Shown: piece after piece, positions 1-12,224 of the stretch
Position numbering within the stretch: position 1 is the stretch's first letter
How the letters are laid out: each line of letters opens with the position of its first letter
Origin: Podarcis filfolensis
Taxonomy: Eukaryota
Strand: one strand, 5' to 3'
Length of the DNA: 64,000 bases
Assembly (NCBI GenBank): GCA_964270895.1
Contig: OZ185435.1
The notes under the pieces: generated by a model
Seen by the model: the letters and a program-made list of their open reading frames with translations, nothing else
What the model was told of the DNA's origin: nothing
Database searches by the model: none
Translations under genes and position numbers: made by a program

Positions 1-290
1 GCCAAATGCTTCCCAGGAAACATGGGCTTTGAGGAAGGGTTTGCAGGAAGTGAGAGAGGTGGGAGTTCCAGGCATAAGGATCAGTAAAGGATAAATGATC
101 AAGTCATGAGAGAGAGCAAGATAACTTTGGAAAGCTGAGAACTGTTACCCCAGGAATAATTGGTCTGCCCTTAAACAGAGAAGTAGGATGGATGTGGAAC
201 AGTGCATTGGAAACCCTACTGGCAGGGCAAGTAGGAGACTCCATCTGGAGCATTTGGTCTTACTCTCCACTGCTGTTTGCATATTTGCAG

Positions 291-354
291 GGACCTCACT
301 ACATGTCCACAGAGTACAACTCAAAGTACCGCTTCAACATTCCAGGACAACCAG
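291..354 (+). CDS. PPP1R32: PPP1R32/SAXO4 internal coding exon (GPHYMSTEYNSKYRFNIPGQP)
   Basis: tttgcag| acceptor and CAG|gtaatt donor; peptide resembles human PPP1R32 GPRFMTSEYNSKYLRDLPDQP (recalled); ends in phase 1, matching the next exon. Confidence 0.9.
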
Positions 355-1720
355 GTAATTGTTCTTCATAGCTGACAGAGTTTCATCCTCGTGCACAATA
401 TTGATACTCCACTCATAAGAAAGGGAGCTGTCTGCTTATTCATAACAATCAATATCGTGGTCAGGGATGATGGGAGTTGTCATTCAGCAACATTTGGAGG
501 GCCAAAGGTTCCCCACCATTGGTTTAGAAGGGGGTATTTAGGCAGCTAGACAGCACATCAAAGTGATAAATGCTTCTTGTGTTTCTTATGTGACATTTTT
601 CAGGGATGTAATGACTGGTGAGGTATGCCCAAGACTAAGCACACATGTCTCATCTAAGTAAACAATACACTTACCTGGGGCCCTCCAGATACCATCAGAC
701 TACAATTCACATCAGTCTGACTTTTGGCTATTCTGTCTGGGACTGATGGGAGCTGGAGTCTGACAACTGGAGGGCCACAGGTTCTCCATCCTTGCTCTAA
801 GGATACTTGAAGTCCATGGTTCTGTTAAGAAGCCACTTGTGTTTGTTCAGTCTAGATGTTTCATTTTGTATCCAGGCACAGTATGGTTTTCAGGAGATAG
901 GCAGTCTTTAAACAAAAAGGGAACACGAGAAACAGATTCAGTTTGATTCAAAGAAGCTGGTCACCATCTACTAGAAAATTAAGTGTTCTTAGATCTCCAT
1001 TAAATTGTTACTTTACTATTAAAAATAGACCATATATAATATAGTACCACTTTCACAAAGGTAGCATCCTGAGATATATGCTTGTCCAGTTTTCTTATTC
1101 TGTATTTATGTAATGCTGCAATATGTCATTCTCACCTCCGTGTTCTTTGAATTTAAAATTCTTTTAAATCCATATTTAGGAAGTTAAAGCAGTAGTCTGG
1201 ACTAGATCCAAATCACAAATAACTCCCAGCTGAATTCTTTTTTTTAAAATGGCTGCACATATCAATATTGCCACCACAGTCTTCAGAAATTTTTAGATTA
1301 AAATGTAAATTGGGGTTTTTGTTTTTTGCCTTTCCCCCCTAAAAATGTTCCTGTGGGGATGCTGACATTTAAGTAATCTTCTGCAACTTGGGGGGTGGAG
1401 GTTAGAGATTTTATAATGGAAGTCTAACTTGGAATTCTTGGGACAGCTTGTCACATTTCATGTGCAAGATATAAATGCACAAATCACTCTCATGTCTGAA
1501 AATAAATTCACATTGAAGGTGGCAGTGAAAAATCGATGCAGCCAGCTCTCTGAAAGAATGTTTCTGTACACTTCAGATTTTTGCTTTGGAATTTTGCAGT
1601 TCAGAGGCCTCCTTTCTAGTCTGTTGCAGATTTTCATTTTTGTAACAGCTGTGCTGAATCTGACCAAAGCCCTTTCCATTCTAGCACAGCCTACTAGATG
1701 CCAATGGGAAGCTCACAGCC

Positions 1721-1860
1721 AGAACATAGAATCACAGAACTGCAGAGTTGGAAGGGACCCTGAGGATCATGTAGTCCAACCCCTGCAATGCAGGAATCTT
1801 TTGCCCAACATGGGGCTTGAACCCACAAACCTATCCAACTGGCTGAACTATCATGAGTAG
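1721..1860 (-). mobile_element. tRNA-derived SINE with CR1-type 3' tail
   Basis: - strand: A-box-like TAGTTCAGCCAGTTGG, B-box GGTTCAAGCCC, then CR1 tail ggttggactacatgatcctcagggtcccttccaactctgcagttctgtgattctatg. Confidence 0.75.
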
Positions 1861-2199
1861 CCCTCTCCCATTTGTGATCCCCAGTAAGTGGTATTCAGCG
1901 CCATACTGCCTCTGATATTGGACAAAATATAGGCATCACCATATTTTCTATAGTGGTCATCATCACTTGCTACATTAGATTACTTCATAATATAGGTATG
2001 TGCATTTTAGAGAAAAGTGTACAGCTGAAATTGTAACCCCACTAACCCAGGTGTAAGCCCCACTGAATTCAAAAGGACTTTCTTCTGAGTATTGTGAGAT
2101 TATATACTGAGTCATTATAAACTACGGAGGATAAAACTCTCAGCAGATGATAAGGCTCTCAGTGGTTACTATATTCATGAAGGCTATATATTACCTCCA

Positions 2200-2355
2200 G
2201 GAGCAAAGGAAGTGTGTCTCTGGATGCCAGCCACTAGGGAACAGCAGGAGGAAGCTCTTTCCCTCCTGTCCTGTTTGTGAGCTTTCCAGAGGTTGGCTGC
2301 TGTGAGGAACAGATGCTGGACTAGATGGGCCTTTGGGTTGATTCAGCAGGGCTTC
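2200..2355 (+). mobile_element. CR1 LINE 3' end fragment
   Basis: gatgctggactagatgggcctttgggttgattcagcagggc, typical squamate CR1 terminus. Confidence 0.65.
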
Positions 2356-3450
2356 CACTCCCACACCAATGCTGCAACTGCCCACCAATCACTATGAAAT
2401 TCACCACTGATGTTCCCACAGTACCCATGCATGAAAGGCATCAGTCTACATGCAGCTTGCCTTTCATGCATGATAATTATTTTATCATCTTGGTGTCTGA
2501 TCTTCACCGTCATCTTTGCCATTTCAGCGTAGTCCATCAACAGTGTTGCTGGGGTGAGTGACTGCCAAAATTGCTACATTAGCATTTCTTTCTAATGCTT
2601 GGACTTTAGAAAACTGCAGTCAACATACAGTGACAGCAGGAACATCACTGAACCCAGTCTACCCGCTTTGCCACACATAATGTGCAAGGCTCTTTGCGTA
2701 GTGGGCTGGAAGTAATTCACAGCCACATCTTCAGCCACATTCTGTAGGGCTCCCTCAGACAGGATCAGATCTTCTATCACAGCCAGCACCAGCACACAGC
2801 CCTTTTGACATGGGTAAAACACAAAATTACACAAAGGGAAATTGCCCCTTCAGTCACAAACAACACTTAGTCACCTCCATTAGCCCAGTGATTACAGTAT
2901 TGGCATGTAGAACCTGTGAATGACCGACACCTGCCCTCCACTTGCTTCCAGTATCTGGGATTCCCCTCACCTTTTATGCAACAAATTTTATTGCATGGAT
3001 GTGATGCATAAGCTGTATGCATGGGAAAGGAATAGTTGTGGCCACATGGGCAAGGAAAAACAGACGCTACAAGAACAGGAGCGGGAATGTATGTGGTGCA
3101 GCAGTCTGGCTGGTAGCACAGTCAGAAAGTGCAATATAATGCAGGGAAAGGAGATGTGAGTTCTTCTCTGGAGAGATGGAATTGCTAAATATGTTTCTGC
3201 AGTTTAGACTGTGGAATTATTAGTTTGACACACCTTTTTATGCTTCGAGCTAAATATCGGGTAAAATACAGCTCTCGCCTTTTCACCACTTATCTTACCC
3301 ATGCCCTCTGCCTTCCTCAGCCAACAGCTTGCTGTCTAATTTTTGTACTGTTATGTCGCCACTGCTATTTACAGAAGTCTTCTGCCTTCTTTCTTCAGTG
3401 TGCTCCTTTTCCTCATGTTATCACTTCATCTCTCTTCTCCCCCAATACAG

Positions 3451-3548
3451 ATTTCCTGCAGAAGAAAACAATTGGAGCCAAAGAAGAGACTGGTTTTACT
3501 GAAGGCTGCCTGGCAAACCCCATTATGGACAAATCTCAGGTTTCTCCA
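3451..3548 (+). CDS. PPP1R32: PPP1R32/SAXO4 coding exon (DFLQKKTIGAKEETGFTEGCLANPIMDKSQ[VSP]); 3' end is either 3539 or 3548
   Basis: Pyrimidine tract + aatacag| acceptor; resembles human DFLQKKSIGAKEGSGFT; two in-frame donors, CAG|gtttct and CCA|gtaaac. Confidence 0.85.
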
Positions 3549-3719
3549 GTAAACTCTGTATATGCTGCTGTTCTCGCCGTGGGTCACATTAAGCATTAAC
3601 CTGCAGAGCCCAGTGGAATATGGTGCTCCTACTCTAGTCAAGTTGCTTGTTAGTTTGAACAGTGGATCGATCTCTCCTGACCCTTGAGCTCCTCACTTAC
3701 TAAGGAATTTGCCCCCACG

Positions 3720-4010
3720 AGAAGTAGCGATGGGCACAAACGTGGATGGCTTTAAAAGGCTAGGCAAATTCACAGAGGATGGGGCTATAAGTGGCTACTA
3801 ACCACAATGGCTTTGTTCTACCTCCACTGTTGGGGGCAGTATGCCTCTGAATGGCTGTTGCTAGAACTCACTGGTGGGAAGAGTGCTATTGCACTCATGT
3901 CCTTCTTGTGAGCTCCCCACAGGCAGCTGGCTGGCCACTGTGAGAACGTGAATGTCCTACTAGATGGGCTGTTGACCTGATCCAGCAGGGCTCTTCATAT
4001 ATTCATATGA
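3720..4010 (+). mobile_element. CR1 LINE 3' end (RT C-terminus + 3' UTR)
   Basis: Degenerate 'GTNVDGFKR' coding stretch, then ctagatgggctgttgacctgatccagcagggctcttc and an (ATATTC)-like tail. Confidence 0.75.
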
Positions 4011-4651
4011 TGTGATAGTGCCTATTATTATGTAGCCAAAAAGGCACCAAGCACATACCCAAAAGAGGTACTAGCAGGCTTGTAAGAACTTCCAGGTTTT
4101 CCAGAAACCTAAAAGCACCAAGAAGACTGAGCGTGCTCAGTGGGCATTGAATGCTTGCTGTTGAGGGTGGGAGGAATGGAACGAAGTGTCCTGGAGAAGG
4201 GGATTATTGGCTAGTAAGAACCGAGAACAAGAGCATTCTACCCTGCAATATTTTGTTACAGGTTCCACTTTTCCTGTACCTGAGTTTTGGTCTGTGGGTA
4301 CTTTGCTTTTAAGAGAGGTTAAAGGCAAAAGCAAATCTAGTTTCTCTGTACATTTAGCCACGAATGTTCAAGTGCAGCCCATAGGTCCTTGCAGTTTCAC
4401 TATAGCAGGAATATGATTCCATGCAATTAAGGACAAAATACCACTAGTTCAACCCTTCCCAACCTGGTGCCTTCCAGGTGCTTTGGATAAAAACTCCTGC
4501 CAGTCCCAACCAGCACAGTATCTTGGAAGGCTGAACTAGTTGCTCCTAAGACAGGCTTGCCTGCTCCCAAGTAGAAGCTGTAATGGAACCGGTGCTTCCT
4601 TTTGACTACTTTCCTCTCTCTGAGTCGCAGTACTTGTCTTCTGCTTTGCAG

Positions 4652-4711
4652 AGCAGCGCTCCAGGAGTCAGCATTACCAAGACAGATTATCTGCCATCTT
4701 CCTTTCCACAT
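4652..4711 (+). CDS. PPP1R32: PPP1R32/SAXO4 coding exon (SSAPGVSITKTDYLPSSFPH)
   Basis: ctttgcag| and CAT|gtaagg; 60 nt, phase 0-0; resembles human LLPGQSVTKSDFLPKTHLH. Confidence 0.9.
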
Positions 4712-4879
4712 GTAAGGAGACCATTTGTAATAGGGTTGTTAGTGGTGGAGACCTGTAAAAACAGTTGAAGGGATGTGCTTTGCCGGCAGGCAAAAGTGCC
4801 ATTTTCCCCTTCCTGTATTTTCTTTTGTTGGCTGTTTGCATGTGATGTACTCACCGTTAATATGTCCCCCTCCCGACAG

Positions 4880-4960
4880 GGTGATGAGTTCCTACCAGTC
4901 CTGTCAAAGGGTTCTGAGAGGGGATCTGGATTCAGTCGGCAGAATCTTGGCCGTACCCCA
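4880..4960 (+). CDS. PPP1R32: PPP1R32/SAXO4 coding exon (GDEFLPVLSKGSERGSGFSRQNLGRTP)
   Basis: cccgacag| and CCA|gtaagt; 81 nt; resembles human GDEFLPVLARGSKRETAFSR. Confidence 0.92.
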
Positions 4961-5586
4961 GTAAGTGACACTCCCTTATCACCAGAAGACCTGTCCTGCT
5001 TCCTTTAGTACATTCCCTCTGCCAACTGCTTTCCCTACTTACACAATCTCCCTTCACTGCTCTCTCTAGAAGTCTCTGCCACTCTTTCCCTGCCAGCACC
5101 TCTTATTTCCTTTTATCTACATTTTCATGTATCTTTGCCTGCCGTGACCTATTTTTCTACCTGCCTTTGTTCTTCAGGCCCTTTTCTTGCTTTCTCTGGG
5201 ATTTGTCTTCCACTGCCAGAGTCCGCAAACAGATGCCTCTCCTGAGTCTTCTTGTTCCTCTTACTACCATCCGTGGGCTATCTTACTCACAGAACCTTCC
5301 TCATTTTGATCCCAGTCTTCCTTGTTGCCTCCCTTTCTTCAGTAACTCCTACAACCTGTGGTGGCTGGGGCATGTTGGGATTGGTGGGGAGAAAGGCCAG
5401 GAGGCCAACAGTAGGCAGTAGTCAAGAGCCAATGACAGGCAAGCTGAGACAAAGGAGGAAGAAGCTGACAGTCATTGCCTCCCCATGGACTGATTGTGAG
5501 GAGGCAGGCAAGGTTGGTGGGGCCTTAATGGACCAGCCTCCACTGCCCACAATGGTTCCTTCACTCGTGACCTTCAATCTCCACAG

Positions 5587-5703
5587 ACGGTTCCACCAGA
5601 TGTAGAGGCACCAGGTCCCCTGAGCCACTCTCAGTTCCAAGGGCTTCAGCATCAACCTCAGACACAGAACAATCTTCTAGGTCGGGAACAAGTGGGTCAC
5701 AAG
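5587..5703 (+). CDS. PPP1R32: PPP1R32/SAXO4 coding exon (TVPPDVEAPGPLSHSQFQGLQHQPQTQNNLLGREQVGHK)
   Basis: ctccacag| and AAG|gtatgc; 117 nt; resembles human SHQQFQPLHRMQQTNVALLGRETVGKK; not in the ORF track, translated manually. Confidence 0.9.
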
Positions 5704-5813
5704 GTATGCCTGAACTACAGTCTTAAGGCCTTATGTCTTCATAATCTGTTGGGCACTTTGCTCTGTTCCTATGGTACTAGACCCTTACTCTTTTCATGGA
5801 CCTCTCTATGCAG

Positions 5814-5908
5814 GAACCATCAGGATTCAGCCTCAATAACCTTAAATATGTGACACCTGCACATGATCCAGATCTGCCCAACAGATTCCTGACTAGCTAT
5901 AACTCCAA
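5814..5908 (+). CDS. PPP1R32: PPP1R32/SAXO4 coding exon (EPSGFSLNNLKYVTPAHDPDLPNRFLTSYNSK)
   Basis: ctatgcag| and AA|gtaagt; 95 nt, ends phase 2; resembles human EPTGFSLNNPMYVRSPCDPDRDQRYLTTYNQ. Confidence 0.92.
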
Positions 5909-5995
5909 GTAAGTTTGACACTGGTTGGCCACCTGTGTTGGGAGAAGTAACATTCCCAGGCTATGTCTTGTTGTTAAGGTACCATTTTCCTACCT

Positions 5996-6329
5996 CAGGG
6001 GTCCCCAAACTAAGGCCCGCGGGCCGGATAAGGCCTGAGGGACTCGTTTATCCGGCCTGCGGTGACCCTGCTGCCCACTCTTACCGGCGCTGTGCTGCGT
6101 GGCTGCCCACTTCCGGGTTGGTGCACCAGAAATAACTTGTGCGCATGCGCGTTATTTCCAGAGCACATCCAGGTTGGAGGAGGCCCATGCACATGCACAC
6201 AAGCTATTTCCGGTGCTCCTCCAACCTGGAAGTGCGTTGGAAATAGCATGTGTGCACGCGCTCCCCCGCTTGCCGCGTGATCAGCGCTGGAGACACTGGC
6301 CCGAGGCACGGTAAGTTTGCTGACCCCTG
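5996..6329. mobile_element. Non-autonomous hAT element in PPP1R32 intron
   Basis: TIRs CAGGGGTCCCCAAACT / AGTTTGCTGACCCCTG; 8-bp TSD tcctacct/tcctatct. Confidence 0.9.
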
Positions 6330-6598
6330 TCCTATCTGCATAAAAGTCTTGCAGGTCCTTTATCCTTCAGGTATTTTTCATGCAGTGGCTTTAGAGAGTG
6401 CATTGTGGGAGTACTGGAACAGCAAAGGTTTGTGCAGCTGTTGGGCCTGTTTGTGTGGATGGCGTGTACTGAAACAGATACTTGTAGAAGTGCATTGTTT
6501 GCAGGATATATACACACACCTGATTTTGTTTGAGGGAGAACAGAGGCAGCAGGTGAGTTCGACTACACGTGGAATAATTCATCCTTTCTCTCAATCAG

Positions 6599-6763
6599 GT
6601 TTTATGAAAACATTCCAAAGGGAGTGGATAGGGAAGGCTGGACACGAGGAGGGATCCAGCCACAGCAGCCTGGTGGTTTTGCTACTAACAACCATGCCAC
6701 TGACTTAGGCACTGACCCCAATGCCACAGAGACCTTGAGGACAATCCATCCTCATGTTGGCAG
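6599..6763 (+). CDS. PPP1R32: PPP1R32/SAXO4 coding exon (FYENIPKGVDREGWTRGGIQPQQPGGFATNN...TLRTIHPHVGR)
   Basis: ctctcaatcag| and CAG|gtaatc; 165 nt, phase 2-2; strongly resembles human YFENIPKGLDQEGWTRGGIQPQMPGG...LRHLHPHVGR. Confidence 0.95.
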
Positions 6764-6886
6764 GTAATCTTGGATTTGTTGTAGCTCTTCTTCTCTGACC
6801 TTCCTTTACTGTATGATTCCTCTTTCAATCCCCTGTTTTCCCCAACTGACCTTTCTTTTGTAATTCTTTCTTCTCCTACATTTCAG

Positions 6887-6974
6887 GACAATTACAACAG
6901 TTGATCCATTCTATCGTGATTCTCCCCATGACCGCCGCTTTGCTGCTCTCCATCAGACGACTGTGCCCAACTAA
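6887..6974 (+). CDS. PPP1R32: PPP1R32/SAXO4 last coding exon (TITTVDPFYRDSPHDRRFAALHQTTVPN*)
   Basis: Long pyrimidine tract + tttcag|; resembles human TLTSADPFYQNTPHSSR; TAA stop at 6972-6974. Confidence 0.92.
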
Positions 6975-9900
6975 GTAAGTGACATAACCCATTGCATCAT
7001 TGGACAGTAGGCTGGCCGTATCAAGCACCTGAGAGGTACCTGCAGAGTCAAAAGGGCAATATTGTGTGTTATGCTCTTTTAATTTGGCCACTGTTTGGAA
7101 ACTGGAGTCTAGAGCTTCTCAGGTTTAATCAAACCAGACGGCCTTTTTATTGGGCACTCATTCTGATTTGTTTGCAGGGAGATTAGTAAACATTAGTTAT
7201 TTAATGAGCTTTCACTCCGGTGTTCATGGAGAGGTTAGATGACATTGCATCCAAGCAACTGTTATCCCAGTTTCCAGAACATTTTCCCTCATCACTTTTC
7301 TTATTGTAAAATGTCTGATCTTTTGGGGAAGCAGGTTTCTTGTGCAAGACCTCCCAATCAACTATATGCATGCAATCTGAATTTTCTGGTATATGATTGG
7401 ATCCCACCTGAAAATAGTGACAGACTGGAAACACCTACGGTTTTATGGATGAATTCCAGGAATACATACAGACAACTCCAGCGCTTTTTTTCTCCTCTGA
7501 AAAGTAAAATTTCATAGAACCAACTGCACTTTTCCATACACAGAAATGTCCTGGAAATTTCCCATGGGTTATTTTTGCTGGGGAAGACAAATGCGGACAT
7601 TTTTCACTTCCATTCTCTCTGCCTTTCAACATTAACCTTCCTTCCTGTTAAGGCTATTTATTCAACAAAACTGGTATATTGCTTGATTGTATCTAAAACC
7701 TCTATGCCATTTACACATACACACGTTAGTCTAACATTAAAGCTTAGACTAAGGTTAGTGATTGATTTTAGTCTTTCTGCCTCTTTACAGCCTCTGTTCC
7801 AAACTGGACCCCACACTGACATCTTTGGGCCTCAGAACAATATCCCGCATGCTAAGAAAGGAGCAACAGTGATAGCACTGTCACATCATTCATATTTTAC
7901 TGTTAAAGGTTGTATAGTTTTAAATAAATTCAAACAATATATTGCTGGTATGTTTAATGGAACTGGCACAGCATCTAAATGGATATAGAAAGACCCCTGG
8001 AAGCAGAGATGGATATGACTTTCATGAAGAGTCTGGTGAAGATTGAAGAAACAGAAGGGTTGGGGTGGAATGATCACAGTGAGGCCTCATGTGCAGGTGC
8101 CAGATGTAAGGCAGACCAAAACAGATGCATGCTCTGAACCAGGAACTACATTTATTCTTCAACTTCTAAACTTCTCAACACTTGTCTTTCCTAGGATTAG
8201 TATATGGTATAAATATTCCACTAATACAATGGGTGGGTGAATGCTGTGACCTTGAAACACAATGTCTTGTGTTGCAAAAGCACAAATATCTCCTTCATAT
8301 ACATCTAGGACATCTTTCTGTTGCACTCTTCCAACAACCCTGCTATGTGTACACTGGATTTCTTCAGTTCCCAACAACTGTAGTATAATAAAGGTTGTGT
8401 GTCACTCTGCTGAGACTGCAATCAGACTCATTTCATGCTGTATCTGGTACAACGTCCCCATACCAGTACCACTAGCATGTTGTTCTCAGTATGCTAGTTA
8501 ACATTTGCCTTGTGGCAGCAAATATATTTTATCTTTCTGATCGTGGTATAGAGTTAGAAACACACACACAGAACACTGAAACAGTAGGATCTTTTGTCCC
8601 CTGCAGGGTGTGATATACAGTAACACCATATAGTATGGGTTCCCATATGTCCTTGTACTGTGAAACACAAATTCACCCACCTACATAGCTAGTAGGGTAC
8701 AGCTTCTTTCATGCATTGTGCAATAAACATTCACACAGTTGGGGAGCATTGTATGGTGTGAAGTAGTGGGAGGTGCATGCAGAGCTGGAATTCCCTGTAT
8801 CCTTTAATTGTGTGACCCATATGAAAAGCATATTTCTCCTGCGGCCAGGAATAGTAAAGACAACACACACACTCTGTACCCTCCCCCCCTCACTGTTACA
8901 CAAACGCAGTCTCCCTTCCCCTTTTCAGCATGGAACTGACACCTTGATTTCTCTTTTCCTTCAGGTGCAATGCACACCATTTCTGCTCTGGTTCTCAGTT
9001 TTCTGCCCAGTATTAATAGGAGTCACAGTGTACTGCTTTCCTTTTTCCATTTCTCACATTTCTCTCTGTGGATGAGTTTTCACTCCTAGTCAATGTTTCA
9101 TGAGCTGGTGGCACAGGCTGCTCCAACACTGAAAAGAAATACTTCTCTCAAATGTACCACACACGTTGCAGCTTTAAGCTCAGCGTAATGATATCTGGCA
9201 TCAGATCAGTTTCTCATTGTGCCTTGGAATGTGACAGCATGTCTGATCTCTTCTTCAAACTAGGAGGAAACTGAGATGGTTCTGCCACATACACACCTCA
9301 GCATGTTGTTGTCCTAGGACCTAGGTAGAACTCTCCTTGAACTTAGTTGGTGCATGGAATGCATTTGTTGCTTGATAATGAAAGAGTTTAATGCAAGCCA
9401 AGATGATTCAAAAATGGGGCAAAAGGAATAATGGCTGGTTTTTGTATGTGTGTATATAGAGTTAAACAGCTAGCATGATTATAGCTTTTAGGACAGCTTT
9501 TGGGATGGGAAAAGAAAGCAGTAAAAAAGCAATTTAATTTAAATCCTTAGTTCATTAAGGGTACTATCGGGTTCTCTCTGTGGCCTCATGGTGTGACTGT
9601 AATATTGCAAGCAAAGGTTTTCATTAGCCTGATGCCTCTGAGTGCCAATAAAATGTTTCCTTTTAACTTTTTGCTCCAAAACTTTCTCCCAGCCATCCAT
9701 AGTTTAACTTCTTTGAAATTTTTAGATTGTTATCTGATGCCACCTCTTTCCTTGCCTAGTGAAGCTATGTGGGGCTAACTCCATTAGAAGCTCGCCTTTA
9801 AAAACCATTTTCTTCTGCTATTTGATCATTTCTGGGCTTGGGTTTTGTTTTGCATTCAACGTCATCCTCTCACTTGTCAGCCAGCACATGACTAGAAGAG

Positions 9901-10398
9901 TCCTGTACGCGAGGATCATCTCCTCCCTCTTTCACAACCCTGACATCTTCATCTTTGCATACACCCTGCAGAACTGCACTCTCTTCTAGGCTGTTCTCTT
10001 ACATATCTAATGTGCTGCCTGAGCCTCCCTCTCTGCTCTCTCCCTCCCACTGAATATCTGTGTTTATATTTCCCCAGATGGATTAGTTGCATTTTCTGAA
10101 GATAGGCAGCCCATGCTGTTTCTTGTCTTCAACTTTGAGTAGGGGGTTCTTGTCCCAAATTGTGTTTTGTTCTACACACTTGTGGGTGGGTGGGGAGGAG
10201 TGCCTTCCACATTTGTAGAAGCCTATATAACATATGCTGCTGCTGCTATGTGTGCGTGTGTGCGCGCAAGGGGGAGGGGCAGAGGTACAGATCTGGACAC
10301 ACTGGGCCAAAAGGATTCCCCATTCCACTGTATGTGGTGTACTGGATGACAATGGTGGCAGTTTCCTGAAAAATAGGCTACTGCTTCATGGTTAGCTA

Positions 10399-10580
10399 TA
10401 CATAGGAAATATAGAAGCTGCCTTTCACTTGGTCCATCTAGCTCAATAGTGTCTACACGGACTGGTGGCAGCATTCCATGGTTGCAGGTAGAAGTGGTTG
10501 CAGCCTCATCTGGAGATGCTGGCAATTTAACCTGGGATCCTTGCCATGCAAAACAGATGCTCTACCACTTAGCCATGGAC
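10399..10580 (-). mobile_element. Squam3-like tRNA-derived SINE
   Basis: ctggagatgctggcaatttaacctgggatccttgccatgcaaaacagatgctctaccacttagccatgg (tRNA-like head, reversed) preceded by the cataggaa...ggtccatctagctcaatagtgtctacac tail. Confidence 0.75.
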
Positions 10581-12163
10581 TCTAGAGGGAAGTTTAAAAT
10601 GGGTATGAATATATGGATCAGATCTGCAACATCAGCTGGTAACTATGTCTGCAGAAGGCAGAGAAGTCTACATATAGCTCTGGAAAAAGAATCCCCATCA
10701 CCTTTACAACCATCTGGAGTGAGAATAATTCAGAGCGAGTGTCACTCATGACGATGGAGATATAGATATATGACTGAGGGGGAGTTGGTACTAAAATAAC
10801 AAGCCTACCAATGGGGATACATTAATATAGTTCATGGGGAATAAGGAAGTACTGATCTGACTGTGTGCTAAGCAAACTCTGTGTATAGAACTCTGAGGTT
10901 CTGATGTGCCTGCAAATAAAGTTAATGGAAAAACAACTGCTCATTTTTATGGGAGCTAGACCAGGATTTGAAAGAGCCTTATTTTTCTCATCCTCTGAAT
11001 GTGCATTTATCATAAATGTTAGCCTCTATTTTATGGACGGGATTTGTAATTTATGCATTTTAGGCAGGTGCAGGAATTCTTTTCTACACAATGTGGCTAT
11101 GGCCACATATTTACTCCTATAACTCATGTTTAAACATCCTCTTTAATATGAGGGTTTCTGTATCTTAAAGTTTACTTCAAGGGCAGAAGGCTGATTTAGG
11201 GTGTAGATTTAGGGTGCTTTGCTAGTCTATGCACCAGATTAGAAAACAGTGGCATGTAAGGGAGCAAATCTATATTATTAATTTGAACAGTCATGCATAG
11301 GGATTCTTTTCACACGATAATCAGTTATATGTGGCAGCTTAGAAATTTGAAGTCACCAAGATTCCTGAAGCAAGTTCCCCTAACTTAAATAGCCAGTCTT
11401 CAGCTGCTTGAATGTAAATGTTTAGCTCTTGGTTCACAGACTTACTTCTGTGTGTTAGGTGAATGAAATCTAGTGTTTTCTATACTAAACAATGATTTTA
11501 TAAAACCAGAGGCCAGAGTCTTCATACAACTGTTGCACCTTTTAATGGTTTGCCTCCTAACCTGATACTGTATTTGTTGCACTGACTTCCAGCAGCAGAT
11601 GCCACGAACTGACGTAATATGACAATCAGTGCCAAATGTGCACAAGAAGTCTGTGTGGATTTGCTTTTTATAGATTGTTGAAGTACTCAAAAAGCTACTT
11701 TTGCCAGCAGTGCCTTAAAAACCAGCTCATGCGGAGTTCTGCATCTACTCTTGTGGCTTTTGCACCACAACTTCGGCACATGGCACCACAGCTGCAAATC
11801 ACTGCAGGCCATGGATACCATCCAGCAAGCAGCTGTGACAATGGCCCCTCAGTTTCTCAGCTGTAAAATGTGGAGAGCAATCTTTCAGTTGTTACAAGGA
11901 TCAAGGTCTTTAAAAAAGAGTAAGTCTGATAAGTCTGCTTACTCAAAAGTAAGCCTCAGTGGACACAATGGGGCTTGCTCCCATGTGACTGGGTGCTGTT
12001 AGTTTCCAACCAGCAGATGCTACCCTGCAGTAGTAGCACTCGTGTGCGCCTTCTCTCTAGGGAATCTGTGGCAGCAAGATTACTGGGAAGCCTTTTCGCT
12101 TTGCACTGTGGACTTCGGGTGCTGAGGGGAAATCGATCGTCGTCCTCACTGTGCTGGTGGTGG

Positions 12164-12194
<31 letters not shown>

Positions 12195-12224
12195 CCACTC
12201 ACGCCCTTTTGCAGCCCCTCGTCA

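Noticed and set aside
1800-10580. tRNA-like A/B-box sequences near 1800-1860 and 10510-10580
   Set aside because: They are SINE heads fused to LINE-derived tails; no full cloverleaf, so not tRNA genes.
7000-12000. Several 60-140-aa ORFs between PPP1R32 and LRRC10B (and similarly 20000-31000) considered as novel genes or viral inserts
   Set aside because: No recognisable domains, no consistent splice-phase chain and intergenic-like composition; a translated database search would be needed to exclude very old TE or viral relics.
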